A stretch of 64,000 nucleotides of DNA, taken from an uncultured Bacillota bacterium (GTDB lineage Bacteria; Bacillota_I; Bacilli_A; RFN20; CAG-826). Positions within the stretch are counted from its first letter, which is position 1, and every line of letters begins with the position of its first letter. Positions 37,758 through 47,829 of this stretch are shown here, piece by piece. The translations under genes were made by a program, and so were the position numbers. The stretch lies in assembly GCA_949293555.1 (NCBI GenBank), contig CASFDV010000003.1:7614-71613 (forward strand), written 5' to 3'. The notes under the pieces are model-generated. The model made no database searches. It was not told the DNA's origin and saw only the letters and a program-made list of their open reading frames with translations.

Positions 37758-40214
37758 ATGAAACTCAAGAATGCATATGCCCTCATCCTCGCCGCCGGGG
37801 CGCTCGTCCTTTCTGGCTGCGGGAATGGGGAGACATCCTCCTCCTCTTCCTCGGAGGAGGGATCCTCATCTCTCACGGGAGGCTCCTCAAGCGGCAGCTC
37901 CTCCTCATCCCATGAGGGAGGCACTTCGAGCGGGAGTTCCTCCAGCTCGTCGTCCAGCTCCTCCAGCTCCTCCAGCTCCTCCAGTTCCTCTTCTAGCTCC
38001 TCGAGCTCCTCTTCCAGTTCCTCTTCCAGCTCCTCCAGCTCTTCCTCTAGTTCCTCCTCCAGCGAGCCCGTGGTGACCTACCCGATCAGCGTGGAGGCGC
38101 CCGATGGCGTGACCGTTACGGTGGACGAGAGGGCCGAGGAAGGCGCGCTCGTCAAGGTCGTCGTGGACGCCGGGGAGCTCATCGTCGACTCCGTGACCGC
38201 CAACGGCTATGCGTGCGGCCTCCTCGAGGCAGGGACCTACTACTTCGAGATGCCCGCGGAGGCCGTCACGATCGTCGTGACCGCCCATGAGGCGGACGTC
38301 CCCGGGACCCTCTACACCCTCGAGGCCGCGGGTGCGATCACCCTCCAGGGGGCCAAGTCCTCCTACGAGGAAGGGGAGGAAGTCTCCTTCACCGTCCTCG
38401 TCGATCCGGGGATGGTGTTCAACGGGCTGACGATCGCAAGCGACTCCTTCTTCAACCCGACCGTGGTCGAATACGAGACCGAGGCGGGCGCGGACGGGAC
38501 CACCGTCTACACCTTCGAGATGCCCGCCTTCGACGTCGTCGTCACGGGCGATACCTCCTACGGGCTCTACGAGCTCATATGGGACGACCCCAACATCTCC
38601 GGCGTCTACGCGAAGGCCCCGGGCGAGGAGTACGCCTCCTCGGTGAACTACGATGTCGTAGCCTATAAGTCCGAGGTCGAGGTCCGCCTCAAGGACACCG
38701 ACACCCACCTCGCGAAGGGGATCCGCATCGTTGAGACCGGGGAGGAGATCCTCGCCGCCGAGGGCGAGATGAGCGTCACCTTCTCGATGCCCCACAGGAA
38801 CATCACCATCGAGTCCGTCGTCGATCCCTACTACCGCACGATCGTCGGGGAAGCCTCCGCGCACCTGACCCCGGACATCTACCGTCTCCTTGAGGACGGG
38901 ACCTACGTCCTCGACGACGAGTTCCTCGCCGGGGAGACCGCCTACGTCAAAATCAGCGGCGTGAGCGAGGACTACCAGGTTCTCTCGCTCGTGGCCGGAT
39001 ACGAGGGCGCTTCCGGGGAAGAGACCGAGGACCTCCTCGCCGCCGGGGCGAACGAGGACGGCTACTACGCCTACGAGATCACCAACGAGAGCGACTCCTT
39101 CTTCGTCCGCGTCGCGGAGAAGGACATGACCGCCTTCGTGGACGCCCCCTTCCTCGGTAGCTACCAGGGCGTCAACGTCTATAACAACACCTATGCGAAC
39201 AACACCGCGTGGTACGGCGAGGCGCTCGCGCCCACCATCGACGCCTCCGGCTACTTCTCCTACCGGGGCGGGGAGGCCAGGATCCTCGGTTACGAGGAGG
39301 AGACCGGCACCCTGACCGTCGAGTACGAAGGGAACGAGGGAATCGCCCTCTACGGCGACAACATCATCTTCTCCAGCTGGGGCCTCAGCTCCCTGACCGG
39401 GAACGACAACGTCTACATGGTGAGGATGGAGGAAGGGGACGACCCTTCGCTCTACACCGTCGAATACAAGCACTTCGGCACGAACCAGGTCGTCCAGGCC
39501 AAGCGGGACGGCGAGGTGTACGCGACCGCCTGGAACGACATGGCGAGCGGCGTGGTCCACTTCGGGGTCGACTTCGTCCTCAACGAGGGCGCGGCCTCGA
39601 TCCTCGACACGAGCGAGACGGGCGGCTACCTCATCCAGAAGGATGGGGAGACCCTCCTCGAGATCGGCATCAAGGACGGCGCCTTCGTGACGCTGGACGG
39701 CTACCAGGGCACCTACACCCTTGTAGGAGGAACGGACACCCTCGTCCTCGACGGGACCGGGGCGGCCACCTACCTCGGCGAGGAAGGGCTGACCTACCAG
39801 ATCGTCGACGAGACCCACGTCACCCTGAAGAAGGGCGGCGAGACCTGGGACATCGAGCTCGGCGAGGGAACCTACACGGTGCTGGCGCACCATGAGCCCG
39901 CCAACGAGTTCATCGGCTGGACCTACGTCGGCGAGTGCGACTACAACGACATCACCCTTGAGTTCGTGGACGAGACGAAGTGCTACTTCACCCTTGGGAG
40001 CTGGAACGACTACATCGGGGGCGACGCCGCCCAGGATAACGTCGAGAACCAGACCTACGTGATCGACAGGGATGCCAACACCATCACCGTCACTACTTGG
40101 GGTTATGGGACTCAGTACGAAATCGTCCTCACCATCGGGGATGGCACCCTGACCTTCGTGGAGGACCTGAGCTGGACCTACCCGACGGAGGGCACCGTCC
40201 TGACCCGCCAGTAG
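37758..40214 (+). CDS. Surface lipoprotein with poly-Ser stalk and FxMP repeat domains
   Basis: LSGC lipobox, and YYFEMP, YTFEMP and TFSMP repeats. Confidence 0.85.
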   Translation: MKLKNAYALILAAGALVLSGCGNGETSSSSSSEEGSSSLTGGSSSGSSSSSHEGGTSSGSSSSSSSSSSSSSSSSSSSSSSSSSSSSSSSSSSSSSSSSSSSEPVVTYPISVEAPDGVTVTVDERAEEGALVKVVVDAGELIVDSVTANGYACGLLEAGTYYFEMPAEAVTIVVTAHEADVPGTLYTLEAAGAITLQGAKSSYEEGEEVSFTVLVDPGMVFNGLTIASDSFFNPTVVEYETEAGADGTTVYTFEMPAFDVVVTGDTSYGLYELIWDDPNISGVYAKAPGEEYASSVNYDVVAYKSEVEVRLKDTDTHLAKGIRIVETGEEILAAEGEMSVTFSMPHRNITIESVVDPYYRTIVGEASAHLTPDIYRLLEDGTYVLDDEFLAGETAYVKISGVSEDYQVLSLVAGYEGASGEETEDLLAAGANEDGYYAYEITNESDSFFVRVAEKDMTAFVDAPFLGSYQGVNVYNNTYANNTAWYGEALAPTIDASGYFSYRGGEARILGYEEETGTLTVEYEGNEGIALYGDNIIFSSWGLSSLTGNDNVYMVRMEEGDDPSLYTVEYKHFGTNQVVQAKRDGEVYATAWNDMASGVVHFGVDFVLNEGAASILDTSETGGYLIQKDGETLLEIGIKDGAFVTLDGYQGTYTLVGGTDTLVLDGTGAATYLGEEGLTYQIVDETHVTLKKGGETWDIELGEGTYTVLAHHEPANEFIGWTYVGECDYNDITLEFVDETKCYFTLGSWNDYIGGDAAQDNVENQTYVIDRDANTITVTTWGYGTQYEIVLTIGDGTLTFVEDLSWTYPTEGTVLTRQ
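37935..38063 (+). repeat. Low-complexity tract encoding 43 consecutive serines
   Basis: 129 nt of TCC/AGC/TCT/AGT/TCG codons. Confidence 0.95.
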
Positions 40215-40235
40215 GCCGGCCTCATCGACATCCCC

Positions 40236-40272
40236 AAGGCGCCCTTCCCTCCGGAGGGGCGCCTTTCTTCTT
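40236..40272 (+). terminator. Intrinsic terminator
   Basis: AAGGCGCCCTTCC/GGAGGGGCGCCTT stem followed by a T-rich tail. Confidence 0.75.
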
Positions 40273-40328
40273 GGCGGTCGAATATCAAAAAACCAGCGGC
40301 GTTTCCGCGCTGGTCGAGCAGGTTTTGC

Positions 40329-41228
40329 CTAGATTCCGAGATTTAGGACGAACTGATGGAGGTCCTCCATGTCGATGGAGGCAAGGAACTTCATCCCGGG
40401 GACTTCCTTCCCTTCCTTCAGCCATCCGCGGGCCTGCCCGTCGACCGTCCCTTCCTCGACCTCGTGCCGCACCGGGAGGAAGTCCAGCTTCTCTTCCTTG
40501 AGGAGCATGTAGAGGGCGAGCGCGTCGTGGGGGGTGATCGGCCAGTTCGTGCTCTTCTGGAAGCGGCGGACTGCCTCCCTCCGGAAGTCCCCGAGCGGGT
40601 CGCTCCCTGTCCTTGCGAGAAGTTCCTCTTCCGCGGGGGAGAGGGTGCTTTTCTCAGTGAGCTCGAGTCCGACCGCGCGGATGTCGAGCCCGGAGTAGAG
40701 GATTGTCTTGAACGCCTCGACGTCGCACTCGAGGTTCCACTCGGGACGATGTTCCCGGTATTCCCCTCCCATGAGGAAGACGCGTGAGTTCTTGAGGACC
40801 CCTTCCTTGTCCTCGAGGATGGTCCTGGCGATGTTCGTGAGGGGGCCGATTGCGAGCAGGACGAGAGGGGCCTTCCTCGCCTCTTCGAGGATCCTCCGGG
40901 GGACGAGATGGGGGTCCTTGGCCTCTTCGCCGTGGATCCCGGGATCGGGCGTCTTCTCGTCGAGGTCCCATTGGGAGAAGGTCTCGTGGGGCCGGACGGG
41001 GGTGAGCCCCCGGATGGGGACGGGGGAGCCGGCGAGGACGGGGATCTCCTCCCTTCCCGCGGCGCGGAGCATCCTCGTGGCGAACTCCGCGCGGAGAGGG
41101 GTGTTCTTGAACACGGTGGACATCCCCACGAGGTCAAGGGATGGGTTCCGGAGGATTTCCTCCAGGACGAGGGTGTCGTCGATGTCGTCCCCGATGTCGG
41201 TGTCGAGCCAAATCCTTGTCTTTTCCAT
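40329..41228 (-). CDS. Nucleoside hydrolase (IU-NH family)
   Basis: LDTDIGDDIDD, AIGPLTNIA, EWN and PHD. Confidence 0.9.
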   Translation of the reverse strand: MEKTRIWLDTDIGDDIDDTLVLEEILRNPSLDLVGMSTVFKNTPLRAEFATRMLRAAGREEIPVLAGSPVPIRGLTPVRPHETFSQWDLDEKTPDPGIHGEEAKDPHLVPRRILEEARKAPLVLLAIGPLTNIARTILEDKEGVLKNSRVFLMGGEYREHRPEWNLECDVEAFKTILYSGLDIRAVGLELTEKSTLSPAEEELLARTGSDPLGDFRREAVRRFQKSTNWPITPHDALALYMLLKEEKLDFLPVRHEVEEGTVDGQARGWLKEGKEVPGMKFLASIDMEDLHQFVLNLGI

Positions 41229-41423
41229 ATAAGGGCTTCCTTTGCTGGGGCTATTCTCCGGCAGGGGGAGAGAGGTGGCAATGGCGTTCCTTCCCCAGGA
41301 GAGTGGCTCCCCAACGGGAAAGGAAACGACTGGAAGCGCCGGTTTTTTCGGAACGCCAAGAGGAACGGCGATTGCTATTTTGTCTAGGTGGCATATTGGG
41401 ATATAGAAAGAGGAGGGCGTCAG

Positions 41424-42044
41424 GTGAAATTCGCCTTGAGATTTGCCATTCCCTTGCTTTCGGTCATCGGGATTTGCGCCCCGCTTTCCTTGTCCTCCTG
41501 TTCTTCAGCCGACTCGGAACCGAGGCGCCTTTCCTATGGCGGGCATGAGGCGGGACTTGTGCAGGAGGAGGAAGGCGAGACGGTCGGGGAATGGGAAGGC
41601 ATCCTTGTCATCGAGCCTTTCGCGACTCCGCCTGAGGCCGGTGTCCTCGAATACTGGCAAGGCAAGGACGATCCGGAGCGAGTCCTCGCCCCTGTCTACG
41701 AGGATGCGATCCGGAACAGGGGGCCGGCGCTTCCATGCGACGGGGTTCCCGTGGCGACGGACTTCGGCAAGGCGACCCTCTTCCTCGTCGTGGAAGGGGC
41801 CTTGGAGCAGGTCCGTATCTATGCGAATCCCTGCGGGAACGATGCTTACGCCCTGTCCTGGGCGTTTGAAAGGAATAGCGAGGAAAACCCCGCTGAAGAC
41901 GATGTCTTCTGGTTCTCCTGCCACGGCCTCCTGAGTTTCCCTGGCCCTGGCTGGCGGGGATTCTACCGGCTTCTGTTCCGGCGCGATGATGGGACTTGGG
42001 CAAGGGCGATCCCTTATGAGTCCGCCTTCCTCTCGGAAGAGTGA
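41424..42044 (+). CDS. Hypothetical lipoprotein
   Basis: SD GAGGAGG before GTG 41424, and LSSC lipobox. Confidence 0.6.
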   Translation: MKFALRFAIPLLSVIGICAPLSLSSCSSADSEPRRLSYGGHEAGLVQEEEGETVGEWEGILVIEPFATPPEAGVLEYWQGKDDPERVLAPVYEDAIRNRGPALPCDGVPVATDFGKATLFLVVEGALEQVRIYANPCGNDAYALSWAFERNSEENPAEDDVFWFSCHGLLSFPGPGWRGFYRLLFRRDDGTWARAIPYESAFLSEE

Positions 42045-42279
42045 TCGCTTCTTTTCGCATCATCGCAAGGGCTGGGTTCCGGATATTCAAGTTTTCCGGC
42101 CTTTCCGCTTCCTCCGGCATTGGTTGCTCCACGGCTTCGGAGGTATGTTCTTCTCGCGAACGAAGAGGCAAGCAGGCCTCATCCTGATGCGGATTGCCTC
42201 CATTGCCGCAAAAGGACGCCTTTCTCACTTGCATGGAGGGGGTTCTTCCACTAACATACGCACGCTGCACAAGCAGCAT

Positions 42280-42353
42280 GCCCCGCTAGTTAAATGGCAT
42301 AACAGATCCATGGTAAGGATCAATCCGTAGTTCGATTCTGCGGCGGGGCACCA
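42280..42353 (+). tRNA. tRNA-Thr(GGT)
   Basis: GCCCCGC acceptor stem, GATCC-ATGGTAA-GGATC anticodon arm, TTCGATT loop and ACCA end. Confidence 0.92.
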
Positions 42354-42626
42354 CAAGATCGGGCATGTCTGACGCGCCCTGGGCTGAGGCCTAGGCGCCC
42401 AGGCATTTTTTTCGTAGGGAGAGTGCGAGGCCGCGAGGCCGACGCCAGTTTCTCGCGTTTGTCCATTGAGATATTCGAAACTTCTGTAGAAGGCTACATA
42501 AGATTCGGAATTCTCTATATCATTCGCAGATTCTGGTTACTCCCTGAAAACCCGTAATTTGCAGAGGTTTTTGAAGAATGAGCACGGATTGCGCCCGCTT
42601 TCCGCGGGTCTTGTTCGTGAGGACAT

Positions 42627-43940
42627 CTACCTTTCTCTCAGCCAGTCCTTGATGAAGAAGGCGCAGAAATGGGGGAGCGTCAGGACTTTGCCGCAGTAGG
42701 AGATGTTCTTCCTGGTGATCTTGATTCCTTCGGATATGTCCCCGTATTTCGGGTTGGCGATCGCTTCCCGGAGGCTATAGGCGTTGCCGTCCTTGCTCTT
42801 GACTTCCACCGGGACGATCCCGTCCTTGGTCCTGAGGACGAAATCCAGCTCCAAGGTGGAATCGGGCCTCTTGTAGTAGTAGAGGTCCAGCCCGCTTTTG
42901 CTCAGGCATTCCGCCACGGAATTCTCGAAGACGGCCCCTTTGTACACCCCGAAGTTCTTCCTGACCCGGAAGTCCTCCCCGCTTTCCGGGTCCAGGAGGG
43001 AGAGGAGGAGGCCTGTGTCGAAGAAATAGACCTTGAAGGCGTTTGGCACGGTGTTGCCTCGCAAGGGGATCTCGGGAAAGTTCAAGAGCCGGGAGGGGGT
43101 GACGAGCCCAGCGTCGCGAAGCCATTCGATGCATCCGAAGTAGTCGGCGAACCTTCCTCCCTTCCGGACGTGGGAGAAGACGAATTTCTTGTTCTCCTTG
43201 CCAAGCTCCGGGGCGATCGAGTCCATCACGCCGATGATTCGCTCTTGGTCCAGGCCGCCAGCGTATTTCCTGACGTCCGAGCGATAGCCGCCGATGAGTC
43301 CGTTTTGGAGTTCCGGGATGCCTTGGAAGTTTCTCCGAGCCAGATAGGACGATATGACGGCAGGCATTCCGCCAACGACCATGTAGTCGAAGAACAGGCT
43401 TTCGTATGCATCAAGCTCGTTCTCGGAGAAAGGGGACATCGCTTTCACGTGCTGGCGCATGTCCTCTGCCGTTTCCTCGCCATGGCCGCACGCCCAGAGA
43501 AACTCCTCGAAATCGAGGGAGGTCATCTTCCGGATCGTCTGGTAGCCGACGCTGATGCTTTCTATCCTGGAGAGCTGAACCCCGAGGAGAGAGCCGCTGC
43601 ATATGACGTCGTACCTTCCGTCCAGCTTGAAAAACTTGAGCGAGGATGTGATTTCGGGACAAGCTTGTATTTCATCGAAAAAGATGAGCGTCTTGCCCGG
43701 GACGAAGTTGAACGCGGGATTGACGAGGGACATGTTCCTGACGATTTTGTCCGGAGAATAGCCGTCGCCTACGATCCGGGAGAAAAGAGGATTCTCCGCG
43801 AAGTTGACGTAGGCGAGGCTTTCGTAGTTTTCCTTGGCGAACTTAAGGATGCTTTCCGTCTTTCCGACTTGCCTTGCCCCGGTGACGATCAAGGGCAGCT
43901 TGTCGGGGGCGGACTTCCATTCGAGGAGGTACATGTCCAC
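42627..43940 (-). CDS. AAA_14 ATPase with DUF4143 / PD-(D/E)XK-like domain
   Basis: GARQVGKT, FFDEIQ, CSGSLLG, GGMP and ELDFV...PVEVKS. Confidence 0.9.
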   Translation of the reverse strand: MDMYLLEWKSAPDKLPLIVTGARQVGKTESILKFAKENYESLAYVNFAENPLFSRIVGDGYSPDKIVRNMSLVNPAFNFVPGKTLIFFDEIQACPEITSSLKFFKLDGRYDVICSGSLLGVQLSRIESISVGYQTIRKMTSLDFEEFLWACGHGEETAEDMRQHVKAMSPFSENELDAYESLFFDYMVVGGMPAVISSYLARRNFQGIPELQNGLIGGYRSDVRKYAGGLDQERIIGVMDSIAPELGKENKKFVFSHVRKGGRFADYFGCIEWLRDAGLVTPSRLLNFPEIPLRGNTVPNAFKVYFFDTGLLLSLLDPESGEDFRVRKNFGVYKGAVFENSVAECLSKSGLDLYYYKRPDSTLELDFVLRTKDGIVPVEVKSKDGNAYSLREAIANPKYGDISEGIKITRKNISYCGKVLTLPHFCAFFIKDWLRER

Positions 43941-44018
43941 ATTTTTCTGAGATATATATTTCCGGCCTTCCGCTTGATTAATCAGTACACGTACTAAGAT
44001 TGTCGATGACGGATATCA

Positions 44019-44070
44019 ACAGAAACAAGGGCCATGTCTATGTTGAAAACTACAGAAACAAGGGCCTTGT
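44019..44070. repeat. Two 19-bp near-palindromic direct repeats (33-bp period) upstream of the ATPase
   Basis: ACAGAAACAAGGGCCATGT at 44019 and ACAGAAACAAGGGCCTTGT at 44052. Confidence 0.8.
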
Positions 44071-44801
44071 TTGTGAGAAGGCGCTCGGAATCTCGTACGG
44101 ACGAACCTCGTAGGAAATAGGAACCCAAGCAGCCTCGCAGCATCCGGCTCTCTCCATCAGCGCGCTGCCTTCCGTCTCCCCGTAGCCCCTTTGGCCAGCT
44201 CGCTAAATTTCCTTGCAGGGCTCCTTCTGGCTTTCTTGGAAGCAAATCCGGCAAGGTCCCTGCTCTGTCTTACAGTCCTCTGTCTGCGGAGGCCGTTCCG
44301 TCGTTGCACAAGGCTCCGTGCACTCCAAGGCAATCTTGCGTTCCCCACAATAGAGTGTCGCATGAACCCTGCGTTTCCCGCAATAAAACGTGTGCCAGCG
44401 CCGCTGACGTATGGGAAGCAGATCCGGTTCTCGACGGAGGAACCCTGGAGAAGAGGGACGTCCCGGTGTCGCTCCCCTGCCACAAGGCGCCCGGGAGGCC
44501 GAGGGTGAGGTGCTGGAGGGGGTCTAGTTGAACATTGCGAAGCGAGACAATTGGGATCCTGACGTCCTACTAGGCACGTCTGGACGAGAATCAGCTCGCT
44601 CTCGGAAGCTATGTAGCCTTCTGCGGAACTTCCGGCGCAAAGCTCCTCAGTCCAAGGAGACGTCAGGGGCGCTATCTTTTTTTCATGCGCTTCCTCTTAT
44701 TTCACTTGGGAGGAGAGTGGCAATTGCCACCTATCTCTCAAATCCCATTAAAGGAATCGCGTATATATCAGAATTTCTAGGATCGTTCTTGAAGGCCTTC
44801 C

Positions 44802-45350
44802 CTATCGGAAAAGAAGGCTGAGGGAACCGACGATGATCTCGCGGAGGGAAAGCCCGATCTCAGTGCCCGTCCTCCTCATCGCCTCCCTCTGCACGTCGAT
44901 CGGATAGGCGATCGGGTAGTAGCCGTACATCATGGTGATGAAGGAGGCGGCGAGGATGTCCGCGTCCCTCTCCCTCCCGCATTCCCTTGCCAGGCTCCTG
45001 AAGGCGGTCTGGAACCGCTTCAGCTCGCCTTTGAGGACGACGAGGTTCTCCAGGGAGGAGGAGCGCTCGATGTCCTCGAGGCCGCAGGACATGATCTTGA
45101 GGATGATGACGTTCTCCTCCAGGAGGCTCGCGATGGAGGAGATGATCCCCTCCTTGGTGGAAAGCCCCTTTCCCACGAGCCTTTCCAGCCCGTCGTCCAG
45201 CTCCACGAAGTGGTTGTAGAGGGAATCGAGGAGGATCTCCTCCTTGCTCCTGTAGTAGGAGTAGATCGCCGTCCTCGAGATGCGGGTCATCGCCGAGACG
45301 TCCTTGAGGTAGATGGACCGCAGCTCCTTCTTCAGGTAGAGCGCGTCCAT
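44802..45350 (-). pseudogene. TetR family regulator lacking its N-terminal residues and promoter
   Basis: LKDVSAMTRISRTAIYSYYRSKEEIL HTH starts about 10 codons from the junction with the cupin fragment. Confidence 0.7.
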
Positions 45351-45596
45351 CGCGCAAGGTCCGGGGGAGGGCAGATCCTCCTTTGCACCGACGGGGAAGG
45401 CTGGTGCCAGGAATGGGGGAAGGAGGCGCGGAAGCTCCATCCCGGCGACGTCGTCCTCATCGCCCCCGGCGCCAAGCACTGGCACGGGGCGAGCAAGGAC
45501 GAATGGTTCGCCCACCTCGCGATCGAGGTGCCGGGGGAAGAATGCTCGACCGAGTTACTCGATCCCGTCTCGGACGAGGAGTACGGGAGGCTCTAG
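45348..45596 (+). pseudogene. Cupin domain protein, 3' fragment
   Basis: HRARSGGGQILLCTDGEGW...PGDVVLIAPGAKHWHGA, with no start codon or N-terminal half. Confidence 0.75.
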
Positions 45597-45642
45597 CGGG
45601 CCTCCCTTTTCGCAGGGAGCCCGGGGAATGTAGACTGGCCCC

Positions 45643-46629
45643 ATGTCCCAGCACGTGATCGTCCGCGAATACGACCCCCGCTACCCAGCCCTATATCGGA
45701 AGGAGGCGGAGCTTATCTCCTCGATCCTCGGGAAGAACCTCGTCGCCATCCATCACATCGGTTCCACCGCGGTGCCCGGGCTCAAGAGCAAGCCCGTCAT
45801 CGACATCATGGCGGCCGTCCGTTCGCTCGAGGACGTCGACGGGAAGAAGGATGAGCTCACGGCGATCGGGTACGAGTGCATGGGGGAGTTCGGAATCAAA
45901 GGGAGGAGGTATCTCCGGAAGGGCGGGGATGAGAGGACCCACCAGATCCACGTCTTCCAGGAAGGGGACAGGGCGAACCTCATGCGCCACCTCGCGACGA
46001 GGGACTATCTCATCGCCCATGAGGACGTCCGGGAGGAGTACGGGAGGATCAAGGAAGAACTTGCCCTCCGCTTCCCCTATGACATCGAGGGGTACTGCGA
46101 CGGGAAGGAGGCATTCGTCCGGAAGCTCGAGGGGAAGGCCCTCCGGGAATACGTCCGGGAAGGAAAGGACATCGGGATCCTCCTGCGTCCTTTCCAAAGG
46201 GGATGGGCGGAGGGCCTCGCCCATATATTCATCCGCGCGATTGATGCGACTTGCGCGAAGGATTATTCGAAGCTCCAGCTCGAGGCATGGGCTTCCGCGG
46301 CAGATCAGGATGGTTGGGCGGATAGGTTCGAGTCCTCGCTCACACTGGTCGCCTTCCTCGGGGAAGAGGCAATCGGGTTCGGGAACATCGAGGAGGGCGG
46401 GCATCTCGACATGCTCTACGTCCATCCGGACTATCAGGGGATGGGCGTCGCCTCGAGGATATGCGACATGCTTGAGTCCCGTGCGGAAGGGGAGATCCGC
46501 GTGGAGTCCTCGCTCACCGCGAAGGGGTTCTTCCTCGGAAGGGGCTATGAGGTCCTCGAGGAGGAGACCGTTTTTCGGAACGGAGCGCCCTTGAGGCGCT
46601 TACTTATGAGGATGAGGAAGGGGGCTTAG
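45643..46629 (+). CDS. GrpB/UPF0157 nucleotidyltransferase-like domain fused to a GNAT acetyltransferase
   Basis: HHIGSTAVPGLKSKPVIDI and LYVHPDYQGMGVAS. Confidence 0.85.
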   Translation: MSQHVIVREYDPRYPALYRKEAELISSILGKNLVAIHHIGSTAVPGLKSKPVIDIMAAVRSLEDVDGKKDELTAIGYECMGEFGIKGRRYLRKGGDERTHQIHVFQEGDRANLMRHLATRDYLIAHEDVREEYGRIKEELALRFPYDIEGYCDGKEAFVRKLEGKALREYVREGKDIGILLRPFQRGWAEGLAHIFIRAIDATCAKDYSKLQLEAWASAADQDGWADRFESSLTLVAFLGEEAIGFGNIEEGGHLDMLYVHPDYQGMGVASRICDMLESRAEGEIRVESSLTAKGFFLGRGYEVLEEETVFRNGAPLRRLLMRMRKGA

Positions 46630-46812
46630 GGCAATAATCGCCGTTTCTTGGCGATAACTTCGCAGAACTGCCTTCAATCCCCGGATATCGTCGTTACAAG
46701 AGGAATCCCGCGGTTTTGCTAGGCAACCCTTCTTTTGGGGCATGCTTTATGCATCTTGTTGGATAGGGAGAATCCTATGGAACGGGAGCGACCTTCTTTC
46801 TACAATTGCCCT

Positions 46813-47829
46813 ATGGAAGAAAGGCTTCCCACCTACATCGCCCAGTGGACGATGGTCCTCCGGGGCATGCAGGTGGACAACACCTACAAGTGCGCTTGGG
46901 CCCGTGCAATCCTTTCCTGCCTCGGGAAGGGACGCTTCATGCAACTTCCCCCTGACGGGAAGGCGATGCTCCATTTCTCCGACATCGCCAAGGAGATGGT
47001 GAGGCTCTACTGGAACCAGACCTGCTTCTTCCACCTCCGTCAGGCGCCGGAGAAGAGAGGCCAGAGGGGTGCGCTGATCGTCTCCTACGTCGAGGACCTC
47101 ATCGAAAGCTACTATGCGCTCCTCGGGACCAGGAGGCCCTCCTGGTGGAGCGAGGCGGAGCCTCTCCTCAAGGAGGAGAAGGGGCTCCTCGAGAAGACGT
47201 TCCGCGAAGTCGGGAATGTCCTCCCCCAGAACGTCGCCCATCGCTTCCTGAACCTCAAGGGGAGGAGGGACCCCCTGCCCCTATACGAGTACCGGAGGCC
47301 CGAGAAGGCTATCTATTTCGCCTCCTGGCAGGTCGGGCTCCTCATCTCCTTCCGCGAGCTCCTCGAGGATGAGGTCGACCTCCGCTGGGCGGAGATCCTC
47401 GAGAGGTTCAACGGATCGCCGAGGATTGCGAGGAAGGTCGTCGCAGCCTCGAACGAGGAGCTGAGGAGAGGAAGCCTCAAGGAGTTCAAGGACGTCATCC
47501 AGGACGCCTACCGCCGGGTGAGGATCCCTGATTTCTACGAGGAAGGGTCCTATGTCCCTCTCGACGACTTCTCCCTCGACCACGTAATCCCGTGGAGCTA
47601 CCTTTACTCCGACGACATCTGGAACCTCGTCCCGACGAGGAAGGGGAATAACTCCGCGAAGGGGGACTCCCTCCCGGGAAAGGAGGACATCGTCCGCCTC
47701 AAGAGGAGGAACCAGGACCTCCTTCCCCGCCTCAGGGGGATGAAGGGGATGGAAAAGCACGTGGGCGCCCTCCTTTTCGCTGAGGAGAACCATCTCGTCG
47801 ACCTCTACTACGGGGGATGCCTCCTGTGA
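46813..47829 (+). CDS. HNH endonuclease with N-terminal NTYK domain
   Basis: LDHVIPWS..DDIWNLV..NNSAKGD. TACAAT lies 6 nt before ATG 46813. Confidence 0.85.
   Translation: MEERLPTYIAQWTMVLRGMQVDNTYKCAWARAILSCLGKGRFMQLPPDGKAMLHFSDIAKEMVRLYWNQTCFFHLRQAPEKRGQRGALIVSYVEDLIESYYALLGTRRPSWWSEAEPLLKEEKGLLEKTFREVGNVLPQNVAHRFLNLKGRRDPLPLYEYRRPEKAIYFASWQVGLLISFRELLEDEVDLRWAEILERFNGSPRIARKVVAASNEELRRGSLKEFKDVIQDAYRRVRIPDFYEEGSYVPLDDFSLDHVIPWSYLYSDDIWNLVPTRKGNNSAKGDSLPGKEDIVRLKRRNQDLLPRLRGMKGMEKHVGALLFAEENHLVDLYYGGCLL

Noticed and set aside
44075-44800. ORFs or ncRNA in the gap between the ATPase and the tetR fragment
   Set aside because: No recognisable protein motif or RNA family. Probably decayed sequence.
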